From IMG/VR virus record IMGVR_UViG_3300002091_000071, positions 1-32,554 of that record: a DNA stretch of 32,554 bases; one strand, written 5' to 3'. The position numbers and the translations under genes are program-made. Position 1 is the first letter of the stretch. The number at the start of each line of letters is the position of its first letter. Shown here piece by piece: positions 18,002-28,100 of the stretch. The notes beneath the pieces were generated by a model. It had not been told where the DNA came from. It worked only from the letters and a program-made list of their open reading frames with translations, and did no database searches. Source of the stretch: a virus. Taxonomy: Duplodnaviria; Caudoviricetes.

Positions 18002-19123
18002 TTAAATTACATATATTTGTCTTGGCATTGCTCTGAACTTTAATTGTTTGTTAAGATTCTCAGCGATTTGTGCCTCTCTTTCCATAACTCGTTCAGGTTT
18101 TAACCTTGTTAATCGACCTTCTGCGCCTATTAATTCCTCAATTAATTTTGATTTTTCATCTTTAGCTTCTGTTGCCAATGATTGGTAATCCATAGTTAAT
18201 TCACTATCCGGAGTTTTGATGTTTCCACTAAATTTACCGCGAACTCTTGATAATGTTTCTTTAACGTAAGAAGTAAACCAACGACGAATCCAAACTTGAG
18301 CTGGATTATTTAGTTCAGTCCAAGAAATTTCTTCAAATGGAACATCTGAAGGTAATTTAATAATATCCGGATTGGCTTTTAAACATTTATCTCTATCTTG
18401 AGGCCCAACGTCATAATACCAGTACCATACGCGTCCCCTCGTCATTTCAGCGTTTCCAAAGTCAAATTTACCCCCCGGTGTTTGCATTAAATGTAATGCC
18501 TTTTTTCCTTCAGGTAAAGCGGTAATTTTATATGTCATCTCACCGGCAATAATTCTTCTTTGAATATTAATTTCTTGCATTCTTAATAACATATCAAAAG
18601 CGGGCGCCATAAAGAAAGACCCTGACATATTCATTTGAGCAAAACCACCGGGTCCACCAAGACCAACACCCCCTAATGAACCAAACGACCAGGGGTCGAA
18701 TAATAAGTTATTAAGTTCTGCCGGTGTAAACCATAGTACTTCATTTATCTCTCTTCCCGCAGGAATTTCGTAAATTTGTTGATTATGTTGTAGTTGAATA
18801 AAATCTTTTTTAATTTCCCAATCACCACCAGCTTGTAGTCCAACAATTTTGGAATAAGCGTAAGTGTAACGAGTTTCATAGTCTAAACTTTTGGTAATGA
18901 ATGCTCGGGATAATGATTGTGTGTCTAAATTTAAGTTCGCCAATGAAGTCCATTGGGATTCAATTAACCAATCTTGAATATATTGAGAATAGTCACTAAT
19001 TGATAGTTCTAATAAACTATCCATCATTTCATCTTCAATCTCAACTGAACGAAGGGGTGCACCTAAAAGGTGTTTAATTCTTGTATAGAGTTTGGTTCTT
19101 TCCGGTTCTGCGATAACTGCCAT
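18002..19123 (-). CDS. Neck / head-tail adaptor protein (T4 gp13-like)
   Basis: N-terminal RIKHLLGAPLRSVEI and C-terminal VKETLSRVRGKF..IKTP...L......EA..E..KL resemble the gp13 family. Confidence 0.75.
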   Translation of the reverse strand: MAVIAEPERTKLYTRIKHLLGAPLRSVEIEDEMMDSLLELSISDYSQYIQDWLIESQWTSLANLNLDTQSLSRAFITKSLDYETRYTYAYSKIVGLQAGGDWEIKKDFIQLQHNQQIYEIPAGREINEVLWFTPAELNNLLFDPWSFGSLGGVGLGGPGGFAQMNMSGSFFMAPAFDMLLRMQEINIQRRIIAGEMTYKITALPEGKKALHLMQTPGGKFDFGNAEMTRGRVWYWYYDVGPQDRDKCLKANPDIIKLPSDVPFEEISWTELNNPAQVWIRRWFTSYVKETLSRVRGKFSGNIKTPDSELTMDYQSLATEAKDEKSKLIEELIGAEGRLTRLKPERVMEREAQIAENLNKQLKFRAMPRQIYVI

Positions 19124-19148
19124 ATAGATTTGTGTTTCTATATAAATA

Positions 19149-20033
19149 TCAGCTAAGAGTATAAATTAAACTTTTTTCAGGGAAAACAAAATTACCGTTA
19201 GCAATTGTCGTATCGTTATTATTAAAGATTAAGATTTCTTTATTATTTTTTGAAAAAATTAACCAATCAGTGTGATAACGTTTAACATTACCTGACCCCA
19301 TAATGATAGTATTACCATCATCAGTTTTTACATTTGTGAATGGTTTTATTTGAGCAGTTTTCTTTACACCATCAACAATTATTTCACAATCAATCCCACC
19401 AATCATATCTTCACTACTACCAAGTTTACCAACAGCGTTAACATTGTTGTTACCAAATTGTTTTTTAAGTATTTCAATTGTGGTATCTTCACGTTTTTGA
19501 CCCCAAGCGTGGGTTTGTCCTAATACCATCATAAGTGATTGGAATGTTGAGGATTTGGGGGTAAATATTCTGTCTTTATATTCGTCAATTATATTAACAA
19601 AACGTTTAACTTGGTTTAATTGTTCAAATGAGTCTGAGTTTTGAAATGATATTGGTTGTTGTTTTTGAGATAATAAAACTTTATTAACATCTCTAAGTAA
19701 CACACAAAAACAACTATAATTTGTGTTTAATTTATTAATAACTGAACGACCTTCTTGTTCTAAGTCGTATATTCCGGACATTTCACCTTCGCCATAGGTT
19801 CCTCTATTATAGTAATTGTCGGGAAAGACATCTTTTAATATTCGGTTGATTGCAAATTTAAATAAATCTTTAACTTTTGGGTTTGTGTTGAATACTTGTC
19901 TAATTTCTTCAACTTTGGAGGTTGAACATTTCTCAGCTTTGGATTCAGATAGTATTAGGGTCACTTTTCTATCGGTTTCATTTTTGTTAATCTCTTCAAT
20001 TATAAGATTAACTTTGTTTTCTGTATTTTTCAT
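19149..20033 (-). CDS. Hypothetical protein with C-terminal PD-(D/E)xK-like nuclease motif
   Basis: G..RE...EDMIGGIDC...TAQIKP pattern. Confidence 0.5.
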   Translation of the reverse strand: MKNTENKVNLIIEEINKNETDRKVTLILSESKAEKCSTSKVEEIRQVFNTNPKVKDLFKFAINRILKDVFPDNYYNRGTYGEGEMSGIYDLEQEGRSVINKLNTNYSCFCVLLRDVNKVLLSQKQQPISFQNSDSFEQLNQVKRFVNIIDEYKDRIFTPKSSTFQSLMMVLGQTHAWGQKREDTTIEILKKQFGNNNVNAVGKLGSSEDMIGGIDCEIIVDGVKKTAQIKPFTNVKTDDGNTIIMGSGNVKRYHTDWLIFSKNNKEILIFNNNDTTIANGNFVFPEKSLIYTLS

Positions 20034-20073
20034 ATAGGCTTGTGTTATTATGATAAATATCTGAACAACCGAA

Positions 20074-22950
20074 TTAACCTCGGTTGTTTATCTTATTCAT
20101 AATGTTTGCGATAAAATCACCTTTTTCATCTATGTTATCACCCATAACAGTATCTATGTTTTGTTTCTTTTCATTTACCATATCATATATAACACTTTCA
20201 ATAGAATTAATGAAGATAGGGTAATAAACGGATACCGAGTTTTTTTGTCCATATCTGTATGCCCTATCTTCTGCCTGAAGTAAATGTCCTGGAACAAAAG
20301 ATAAATCGTTCATAATAACGGCTTCAGCGGCTGTTAATGTAATACCAACGCCAGCGGCGACCATATTTCCAACAAAAACCTTAATCTTATCATTTTCTTG
20401 GAATTGGTCAACAGCGTATTGTCGTTGAGGTTTTGATGTTGAACCATCTAATCTAACCGCTTGTTTACCGAAATGGTCGGCAATCTTATTTAATGTGTCT
20501 GTAAAGTTGGTAAAGATAATAACTTTTTTGTCTTGTTCCAAAATATTCTCAGCTAATTCTATGGTATCTTTAATTTTTTCTTCGGCAATCACTTGACGAA
20601 CCTTCATTAACTTACTGAATTGTACTGTTAAAGATGTTGATTCATCGGGATTCTTATTATACCAATCGTAGTATTCTCCCATCAACCCTTCATAAAGTTT
20701 TGACTTTAATCTTAGATAAACTGGTGTAATAATTTTCTCAGGTAAATCTAACACTTCGGTCTTCAATCTACGTAAAACTTGACGAGAAGTTCTATCTCTT
20801 AACTCTTCCAAATTGGTTGCTCCGGCAACATTCCATATTTTTCTTTTTCCTGCGGTAAATTGATAACCACCACAATATCTAATTGCGTAAGCCATCCAAT
20901 TTAAGGCCGCAGGACTTTCAACTAACGATAATAAATTAAAATAATTCATTGGTCGGTTGGTCATCGGTGTCCCGGTTAATAACCACACTCTTTCACATTT
21001 TTTAGCAAAAGAATTAACCAATTTTGAACGGATACTTGTTCCATTAGCCAAATAATGAGCCTCATCCAAGATAATTAAATCAAATTCTCCTTTGGTAATT
21101 AATGAATTGTCTTTATCTTTGATGTCATAAAAGTTTTTAAGAATATCGTAATTAACAATTACAAAATCGTGTTCAATTGAGAAATTCTTACCTTCTGAAA
21201 TATAAACACTTCTATCTGTATAGTTCTCAATCTCTCTTTGCCAATTAATCTTTAAAGATGCCGGACAAACAATTAATATTTTTTTAACTTTGGTTTCCAA
21301 AGCAGCAATGATTGTTGCCGTTGTATTGTGAGTAACAATACCGTGCTCAACAACATATAATTTGTCCGGGGAATCTACAGAAATACAAACACATTCATCC
21401 TCACCAAATTTCTCAATATTTTTAATATATCTACCGGTCGGGTATTTTTTAGGGTCAACATACCTTTCCGATTTTCGTTTTAATCGAAACGGATTCATCC
21501 CTGGAGGTAATTTAATGTTTACCCTATAAGATAATTTTCCTTTTAATTTTTGACCTTTATATGTGTAAGTTGGTTTTCGACTTTTAACCCTAGCAATCCC
21601 CCCAAGAGTATGAACAATCTCAACAACATCATCACACAATTTTTTAGACACCGTTGAATATTCGGTACCGTGAAAATTATTATTTTTATTTAACATACAA
21701 TGACCATCAGTATCCATCAATCCTTGTAATATAGATAATCGGTTTTCAACTGAGGAATATTTATATATCTCGGGGATAAATTTAGTATCTGAACGTTTAT
21801 TTTCTAAATTTAAATCAAATAATGAATTACCAACATTAATATAACCGTTTCTCACATTTTCTTGAGGTTTATTTTCTTTTAATAAAAAAAGATTAAATAA
21901 TTCATCATAATCGTCTTTATGTAGTGAAAAATTAATATTTTTATTTTTAAATGACCCATCACCGAGTCCGAGACCTAATAAATAAGGGTCTATTGGTAAA
22001 ACATCGTTCCGTTCAAAATGGATTGGTTTAACAATCGGTATTTGCCATTTATTATTACCGTTTGACGATTTATAATGAGTTTCTATTTCATAATCTTTAC
22101 TTGAATTAACACCATTACCTTTTATAGTTATTTTACCCCCCTCAAACATTTGTTTAGTGGACAACACTAACGATTTTTTTATTCTATCGTTTTTTCTATT
22201 TTTGCCGTAATTTGGTGAAGATACAGACCATAAATGTTCATCTCCCGATAAAATTGAGTGTCCATCATTAAAGGTAATTTTATATGTTTCCTGAACTCCT
22301 TGAGAAAAAACACCGGTTACTTTACATTTATCACCGTTTGAACCAATAACGTCATCTCCAATACTAACATCACCAATAGGTTTCATCCCTAATGGTGTGT
22401 ATATCAATGTTTTTGTAGGAAAAAACTTACCCAACCCCATATCGTCTGCCAAAATAAACCTTTTAGACCCGGCAAGTTTTTCAATTGCGAGTTTTTGATG
22501 TTCAAGAGGAGGACGATTAGAATATTTTGAATAATCAACAACAACGTCTTTAATTGTGTGTGTTTTAATTAAAGCACCTTTTGGTAGCCAAAAATCGTGG
22601 ATTGTTTCAGATTCTAAAACTTTTCCCCAAACGTGGTAGGATTTTTCTTTCTCAACTAATAGCTTTTCCACCCACACCTGTTCGGGGATTTTAAGTAACA
22701 ATTTTTCGTCGGCAATTTTTTTGGCAAAGTAGGGGTCTAAATCAACCCATCTTTTGGCTACCTTAGGTGTAACTTCGTAATAATTTATAATGTAATCACA
22801 TTGTGCTCTTGTAGGAAAGAATCTTTTGTTTGTTTCCTTTTGATGTTTTAATTTTAAGATATAGTTATTTGCCCCCTGATAAGTTTCAAGGAGAGATATT
22901 GCTCGTTGTTCTATTGTTAAATTAGAATTTTCAGATGTATTGTTTTCCAA
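20074..22950 (-). CDS. SNF2/HARP-like helicase containing an intein (start probably TTG at 22950 or ATG at 22980, not 23028)
   Basis: LADDMGLGK/T, IVCPASL, ILDEAH, LLTGTP, GITLT and QAEDRAYRYGQ. The 23028 start would overlap the divergent gene and its promoter motif. Confidence 0.9.
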   Translation of the reverse strand: MENNTSENSNLTIEQRAISLLETYQGANNYILKLKHQKETNKRFFPTRAQCDYIINYYEVTPKVAKRWVDLDPYFAKKIADEKLLLKIPEQVWVEKLLVEKEKSYHVWGKVLESETIHDFWLPKGALIKTHTIKDVVVDYSKYSNRPPLEHQKLAIEKLAGSKRFILADDMGLGKFFPTKTLIYTPLGMKPIGDVSIGDDVIGSNGDKCKVTGVFSQGVQETYKITFNDGHSILSGDEHLWSVSSPNYGKNRKNDRIKKSLVLSTKQMFEGGKITIKGNGVNSSKDYEIETHYKSSNGNNKWQIPIVKPIHFERNDVLPIDPYLLGLGLGDGSFKNKNINFSLHKDDYDELFNLFLLKENKPQENVRNGYINVGNSLFDLNLENKRSDTKFIPEIYKYSSVENRLSILQGLMDTDGHCMLNKNNNFHGTEYSTVSKKLCDDVVEIVHTLGGIARVKSRKPTYTYKGQKLKGKLSYRVNIKLPPGMNPFRLKRKSERYVDPKKYPTGRYIKNIEKFGEDECVCISVDSPDKLYVVEHGIVTHNTTATIIAALETKVKKILIVCPASLKINWQREIENYTDRSVYISEGKNFSIEHDFVIVNYDILKNFYDIKDKDNSLITKGEFDLIILDEAHYLANGTSIRSKLVNSFAKKCERVWLLTGTPMTNRPMNYFNLLSLVESPAALNWMAYAIRYCGGYQFTAGKRKIWNVAGATNLEELRDRTSRQVLRRLKTEVLDLPEKIITPVYLRLKSKLYEGLMGEYYDWYNKNPDESTSLTVQFSKLMKVRQVIAEEKIKDTIELAENILEQDKKVIIFTNFTDTLNKIADHFGKQAVRLDGSTSKPQRQYAVDQFQENDKIKVFVGNMVAAGVGITLTAAEAVIMNDLSFVPGHLLQAEDRAYRYGQKNSVSVYYPIFINSIESVIYDMVNEKKQNIDTVMGDNIDEKGDFIANIMNKINNRG
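21325..22425 (-). mobile_element. Intein (367 aa) with LAGLIDADG endonuclease, class 3 signature
   Basis: Inserted in Walker A: GLGK|FFPTKT...IVTHN|TTAT. Block B DEHLW, block F CVCISV, block G VTHN; LAGLIDADG motifs LLGLGLGDG and LQGLMDTDG. Confidence 0.9.
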
Positions 22951-23007
22951 ATTTAATCTTTTAGTAGAAATATAACACATTTTATAATATTTATCAATAA
23001 AAACACT

Positions 23008-23325
23008 ATGAGTATGAATCAAAAACAATTGGAGAAAATGATAGGTAAAATGATAAATGTCATTAAGCCTAATGGTGTGTCTAAACTTGATTATGAGTTA
23101 AAACCTATTGATGATATTAGTCAGGAATATTATATGACAGTTACTTATGTTATCCCTAACGATAGTATTATTTTAAAAAGTCGAAATTTAATTAACCAAA
23201 CTAGAGCTAATTGGAATTTAGAAATAGTTAAAACAATTAAAAATTATTTTGGTGTTGACGTTATAATTAATTCATCAGGAACACAATCTGAATCATACTA
23301 TAATAGACAAAAACGATATGAATAA
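23008..23325 (+). CDS. Hypothetical protein
   Basis: 105-aa ORF preceded by TATTTAT (22988-22994); overlaps the next gene. Confidence 0.65.
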   Translation: MSMNQKQLEKMIGKMINVIKPNGVSKLDYELKPIDDISQEYYMTVTYVIPNDSIILKSRNLINQTRANWNLEIVKTIKNYFGVDVIINSSGTQSESYYNRQKRYE

Positions 23326-23830
23326 TAAAGTACCAATCTCGAGAATCGGAAAGTTCTTTGGTGAGGAGGATTTTAGATTAGAACAAAATTTTGGGACTGA
23401 GTGGTTACATAATGACATGAACTTTACATTAGTTCTATGTCGTGTTGATAAATATCGTTCAAAAACCGATGATGTTTATGGTGAGACAGTATCTGATGGT
23501 ATTAAGTTTTTACCACCGATTGAGTTTAAAGGTTACGTTCAAATTATGGCTCCTGATAACAAATATTTGGGAACATCTAAAATTGACCAAATGGAACCGG
23601 GTAATATGAAGGTTTCTGTATATCAACGAGATTTAGACGATTTAGATATAGATATTAATTATGGGGATTATTTAGGGTATTATGAAACTGAAGATAGAGT
23701 AAGATATTACGTTGTAAATAATGATGGAAGGGTTACCTCAGATAATAAACACACTATTGGTGGATATAAAAGTTTTTATCGTAGTATTATTGCTTCACCG
23801 GTTACATCAAATGAATTTAGAGGGTTATAA
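23318..23830 (+). CDS. Probable head-closure / neck protein (gp14-like)
   Basis: DDVYGE and L..LDIDINYGD motifs, size and structural context; family assignment tentative. Confidence 0.5.
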   Translation: MNNKVPISRIGKFFGEEDFRLEQNFGTEWLHNDMNFTLVLCRVDKYRSKTDDVYGETVSDGIKFLPPIEFKGYVQIMAPDNKYLGTSKIDQMEPGNMKVSVYQRDLDDLDIDINYGDYLGYYETEDRVRYYVVNNDGRVTSDNKHTIGGYKSFYRSIIASPVTSNEFRGL

Positions 23831-23850
23831 TTAAGAAAAAATAAATAAAA

Positions 23851-24888
23851 ATGGGTCTACCAAGTAAAATAAAAAAACATATTCCATTAACGGAACCCAA
23901 AACTCTTTTACCAAGAAGAGAAGAACTTTTGGAAAAAATTAATAAAGATGGAACTTATCTTCCAAAATCTTTATTACACGCAGATTTGGATAGGGGTTTT
24001 TTAGATTTTGTTAGAGATGATTTAAAAGTAGTTGTTGAAGGTAAAACCATTCCAACTGTCGATATTTTGGTCACAACTCAGAATTGGGCTCAATTCACTG
24101 AAACTTGGAATTTTCAAAATATTGATAAAAACGCAGAACCCCCATTTATAACAGTTGTTAGAACACCTGAAGTTAAATATGGTAGTAATCCGGCACTTGT
24201 TTATAACATTCCTAATAGAAAACAATATTTTTATGCTCAAGTACCAACTTGGGATGGACAGAGAAATGGAATGGATATTTACACAATACCTCAACCGGTT
24301 CCGGTAGATATTACTTACTCTGTTAAAATTATTTGTAATAGAATGAGAGAGTTAAACAAACTTAACCAAATCATTTTGGAAAAATTTGCATCAAAACAAG
24401 CATATGCGGTTATCAAAGGTCATTATATTCCTATTGTTATGGGAGGTATTGCCGATGAATCAGTGTTTGATGTTGAAAAACGAAAATATTATATTCAAAC
24501 ATACGAATTTACTATGTTAGGGTTTTTAATTGATGAAGACGAATTTGAAGTTGCTCCGGCAATAACTCGAGTATTAACTTCAGTTGAATTTGACCCTAAT
24601 AACCCTAAAAAGGGAAGAAAAAATAAAGAAGATAGTAAAAGTTTTCAAACAGATGTATTATTTGTTGTTGGAAACGATACGTTAAGTCAAATAATAAATT
24701 ATACTGTTGATATACGAGTTGGTGATTCCATTAATATAGAAAGTTTTGATATATATATTAACGGAGACTATTATGGAACTGATTTAACGTTAATACAAAT
24801 TAACACAAACAATGTGTTAAGAATTGATGTGGTTAAAAAAGACAACAGTAAAGAGAGTATTATCCAATTATTAGATTTATTACTTTAA
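23851..24888 (+). CDS. Probable tail completion / terminator protein (gp15-like)
   Basis: PFITVVRT...PQPVPVDITYSVKI...ELNKL pattern; located just upstream of the sheath gene. Confidence 0.5.
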   Translation: MGLPSKIKKHIPLTEPKTLLPRREELLEKINKDGTYLPKSLLHADLDRGFLDFVRDDLKVVVEGKTIPTVDILVTTQNWAQFTETWNFQNIDKNAEPPFITVVRTPEVKYGSNPALVYNIPNRKQYFYAQVPTWDGQRNGMDIYTIPQPVPVDITYSVKIICNRMRELNKLNQIILEKFASKQAYAVIKGHYIPIVMGGIADESVFDVEKRKYYIQTYEFTMLGFLIDEDEFEVAPAITRVLTSVEFDPNNPKKGRKNKEDSKSFQTDVLFVVGNDTLSQIINYTVDIRVGDSINIESFDIYINGDYYGTDLTLIQINTNNVLRIDVVKKDNSKESIIQLLDLLL

Positions 24889-25049
24889 TCTTCACCATAG
24901 ACATCTTTATTTGTCTTACATTTCTCAATAATTAGTCTTTCTAAAAAACGATACATTTTAATACCCCTCTTTTCACAGTAGGTTTTAAGAATTTCGTGTG
25001 TCTCCACCGATATCTTTAAATTTTTAATCTTTTTGATGTCTTTATCCAT
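24885..25049 (-). CDS. Standalone ribbon-helix-helix-like protein divergent from the tail sheath gene (not in ORF track)
   Basis: Manual translation MDKDIKKIKNLKISVETHEILKTYCEKRGIKMYRFLERLIIEKCKTNKDVYGED* (54 aa); fills the gap and overlaps the upstream gene's stop by 4 nt. Confidence 0.75.
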   Translation of the reverse strand: MDKDIKKIKNLKISVETHEILKTYCEKRGIKMYRFLERLIIEKCKTNKDVYGED

Positions 25050-25080
25050 AAGTAGAAAAAAGGTAGAAAATAATCTACCT
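25050..25080. promoter_or_regulatory. Candidate operator: direct and inverted GTAGA repeats
   Basis: AGTAGAAAA, then AGGTAGA-aaataa-TCTACCT (25061-25080), immediately upstream of the RHH start codon. Confidence 0.45.
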
Positions 25081-25166
25081 AAAATATAAATAGTTGCTAC
25101 GAAGTAAAGTATTTTGATTTTTTTTTAATATTTATATATAAATAAATTTAATAAACAAACAAACTA

Positions 25167-28100
25167 ATGACAACAAACAGTAAAGTATTCGTATCTCCCG
25201 GGGTATATACTTCCGAAGTTGATTTAAGTTTCGTAGCACAGAGTGTGGGTGTAACCACATTAGGTATCGTTGGTGAAACCCTAAAAGGGCCAGCATTTGA
25301 ACCTATCTTTATACGTAACTTTGATGAATTCTCAACTTATTTCGGAGGAACTTCTCCTGAAAAGTTTATAAATACACAAATACCGAAGTATGAAGCTTCG
25401 TATATCGCAAAAGCATATTTGCAACAATCTAATCAATTGTTTGTAAGTAGAGTTTTGGGATTGTCAGGATATGACGCAGGACCATCTTGGTCTATAAAAA
25501 CGGTGGCAAACGTTGATAAATCAACAGTAGATTTTTACTGTATAAGTTCAACAATTGTTGATTGTGTTTCAGAATGTGACTCATTTAAACAAGTCTCATT
25601 TGAAATTCCGTTTTCTGGATGTGATAACAGTATTGATTCTATTGTATTCGGAGCTATTACCGGAGATGAATCAATAATATCTCATAAATTTTTATCATCA
25701 TATGAAAATTTTAACGGTACTACATCAACACTTAGTAATGATGTTAAACAACAGATTTATAATGTAATTTTATCATCATCAACTTTATCAACATCAGCAA
25801 CTTCTATAAATATTTATGGTGCAATTCCTTCTTCTGATTATATGGAATTACAAACATTAGGGTATACCGGTGTTACGAATGTATTTAACATTAATAATGT
25901 TGATGCAAGTATGTGTGATTACACATCACCTGATACTGATGTTTGGTATTACTCTATGTTCGATAATAATGGTAACTTTAACTATAGTGGTAGTTCATTC
26001 TTTACCTCTATTGAGAATTTAGAACAAACAAGTACATCATCTAATTGTGCTAGTTTTAATAGTTTTAGTGTTAGTGGACACGGTGCAAGTATTAATTACA
26101 ATACTCAAACAATTAATGTTTATTTACCACAAGGAACTGATTTATCAAATATTATTTGCGATTTTAGTGCTTGTACAAATAGTGTTGTGATTAATTGTGT
26201 TGACCAAGTAAGTGGTGTAACATCTAATGACTTTTCGGAAACAGGTTGTTTACAATATCAGTTAGTATCAGAAGATTTAACTAATTCAACATTATGGAAT
26301 GTTTGTATGGTTATTGTAGACCCTTGTAACCCTGCGACAACAGGACACACAGGTTCTCAAACTGTTGGTAATATTAAGACTTGTTATTCAGGTAACGTAA
26401 CTGGTGTAATTTATGTTTACACAGGAACATCATATTCTGATTTTGATGATGTTGTTATAACAACTTTACGTTCAAGAGGTATTTCAACGTATAGTACATC
26501 TGCTGATGGGCCAACTTATCAAGTAAATGATGTTGCTAATGTAACATTAAATTGTACAGGAAACTATTCAACAGTTAAAACTAACCCATATTCTGAATTT
26601 GGTATTAATATAACAGATAAAGACGGTAATACTTTCTTCTTTGAAACATCTCTTAGTGAGTCTGATTCTAAAAATGTTAGTAAAGTCTTTGGGACATCTA
26701 ACTTTGGTAAACCAAGAACTACAGTTCCATTATTTGTTGAAGAACATTTCCAAACATTATTAAATTATTCTTACAATAAAGGATATATTAGAGGTTTAAA
26801 TTGTGACTTGACTGCTTTACCAAGAGCTAAAGATGAAAATTTCTCGACAATAGCATTTTATTTAGAAAAATATCAAACACCAGTTTCTCCTTGGGTTGTA
26901 TCTGAATTAAGAGGTAGTAAAGTTTACAACTTATTTAGATTTACAACAATTTCTGATGGTGATGGGGCAAATACTGAAGTTAAAATATCTTTAGTAAATA
27001 TGTCATTTAGTAATCAAACATTTGATGTTTTAGTTAGAGATTTCTTTGATAATGATGCTAATCCTGTTGTTTTAGAAAAATTTACAAATTGTTCTATGAA
27101 CCCTGTTAGTAATTCATTCATTGGACAAAAAATTGGAACTGTTGGAGGTGAGTATAGTTTAAACTCTAATTATATTATGGTGGAAATGAATGAAGATGCT
27201 CCGATAGATGCTCTTCCTTGTGGTTTCCAAGGATTTAAATTTAGACAATATGGTTCATCTCAATCACCATTCCCAATTTATAAAACTAAATACGATTATC
27301 CGGGTGAAGTAGTGTTTGACCCACCATTTGGTAATGCTCAAGGTGCTAATGTAACACAATCAAGTCCTGGTGATAATGTTCGTAGAACTTACTTAGGTAT
27401 TTCTACAGGATATGGAGTTGGTTATGATGTTGACTTCTTTGGATATAAAGGTAAACAACGTCCATTAGATTTATGTACTGAAGGTGATTACACTGATTGG
27501 AGTGTTCAAACTAGAGGTTTCCATATGGATATCAACGCATCGTCAATCGTTTATCCGGGAACAGGTAAACCTGAATTCTATGTTGGTTCAGCACCTTTCG
27601 TTACAGACCCTGAAAATACGTCTAACCCGTATTACTATATTTACGCACGTAAATTCTCATTATTAGTACAAGGTGGTTTTGATGGGTGGGATATCTATAG
27701 AGAATCAAGAACTAATACTGATAATTTTAAAATAGGTAAATCTCAATTCCAAAAAGGTTCTTGTCCTAGTTTCAGATACCCATCTGCAACAGGTTGGGGA
27801 GCATTTAAACAAATTACTGTTGGACATAACTCTGAAGATTGGGCAAATTCCGATTACTACGCTTACTTATTAGGTCAACAAACATTCTCAAACCCTGAGG
27901 CGGTTAATATCAACCTATTTGTAACACCAGGTATTGATGCGGTTAATCACGGTGACTTAGTTGGTAGTGCAATTGAAATGATTGAATACAACAGAGCGGA
28001 TTCGTTATATATTTGTACAACACCTGATTATCAAATGTTTGTACCTTCAACAACAAATCCTACTGATTTAATCTATCCTCAAGAAGCTGTTGATAGTTTG

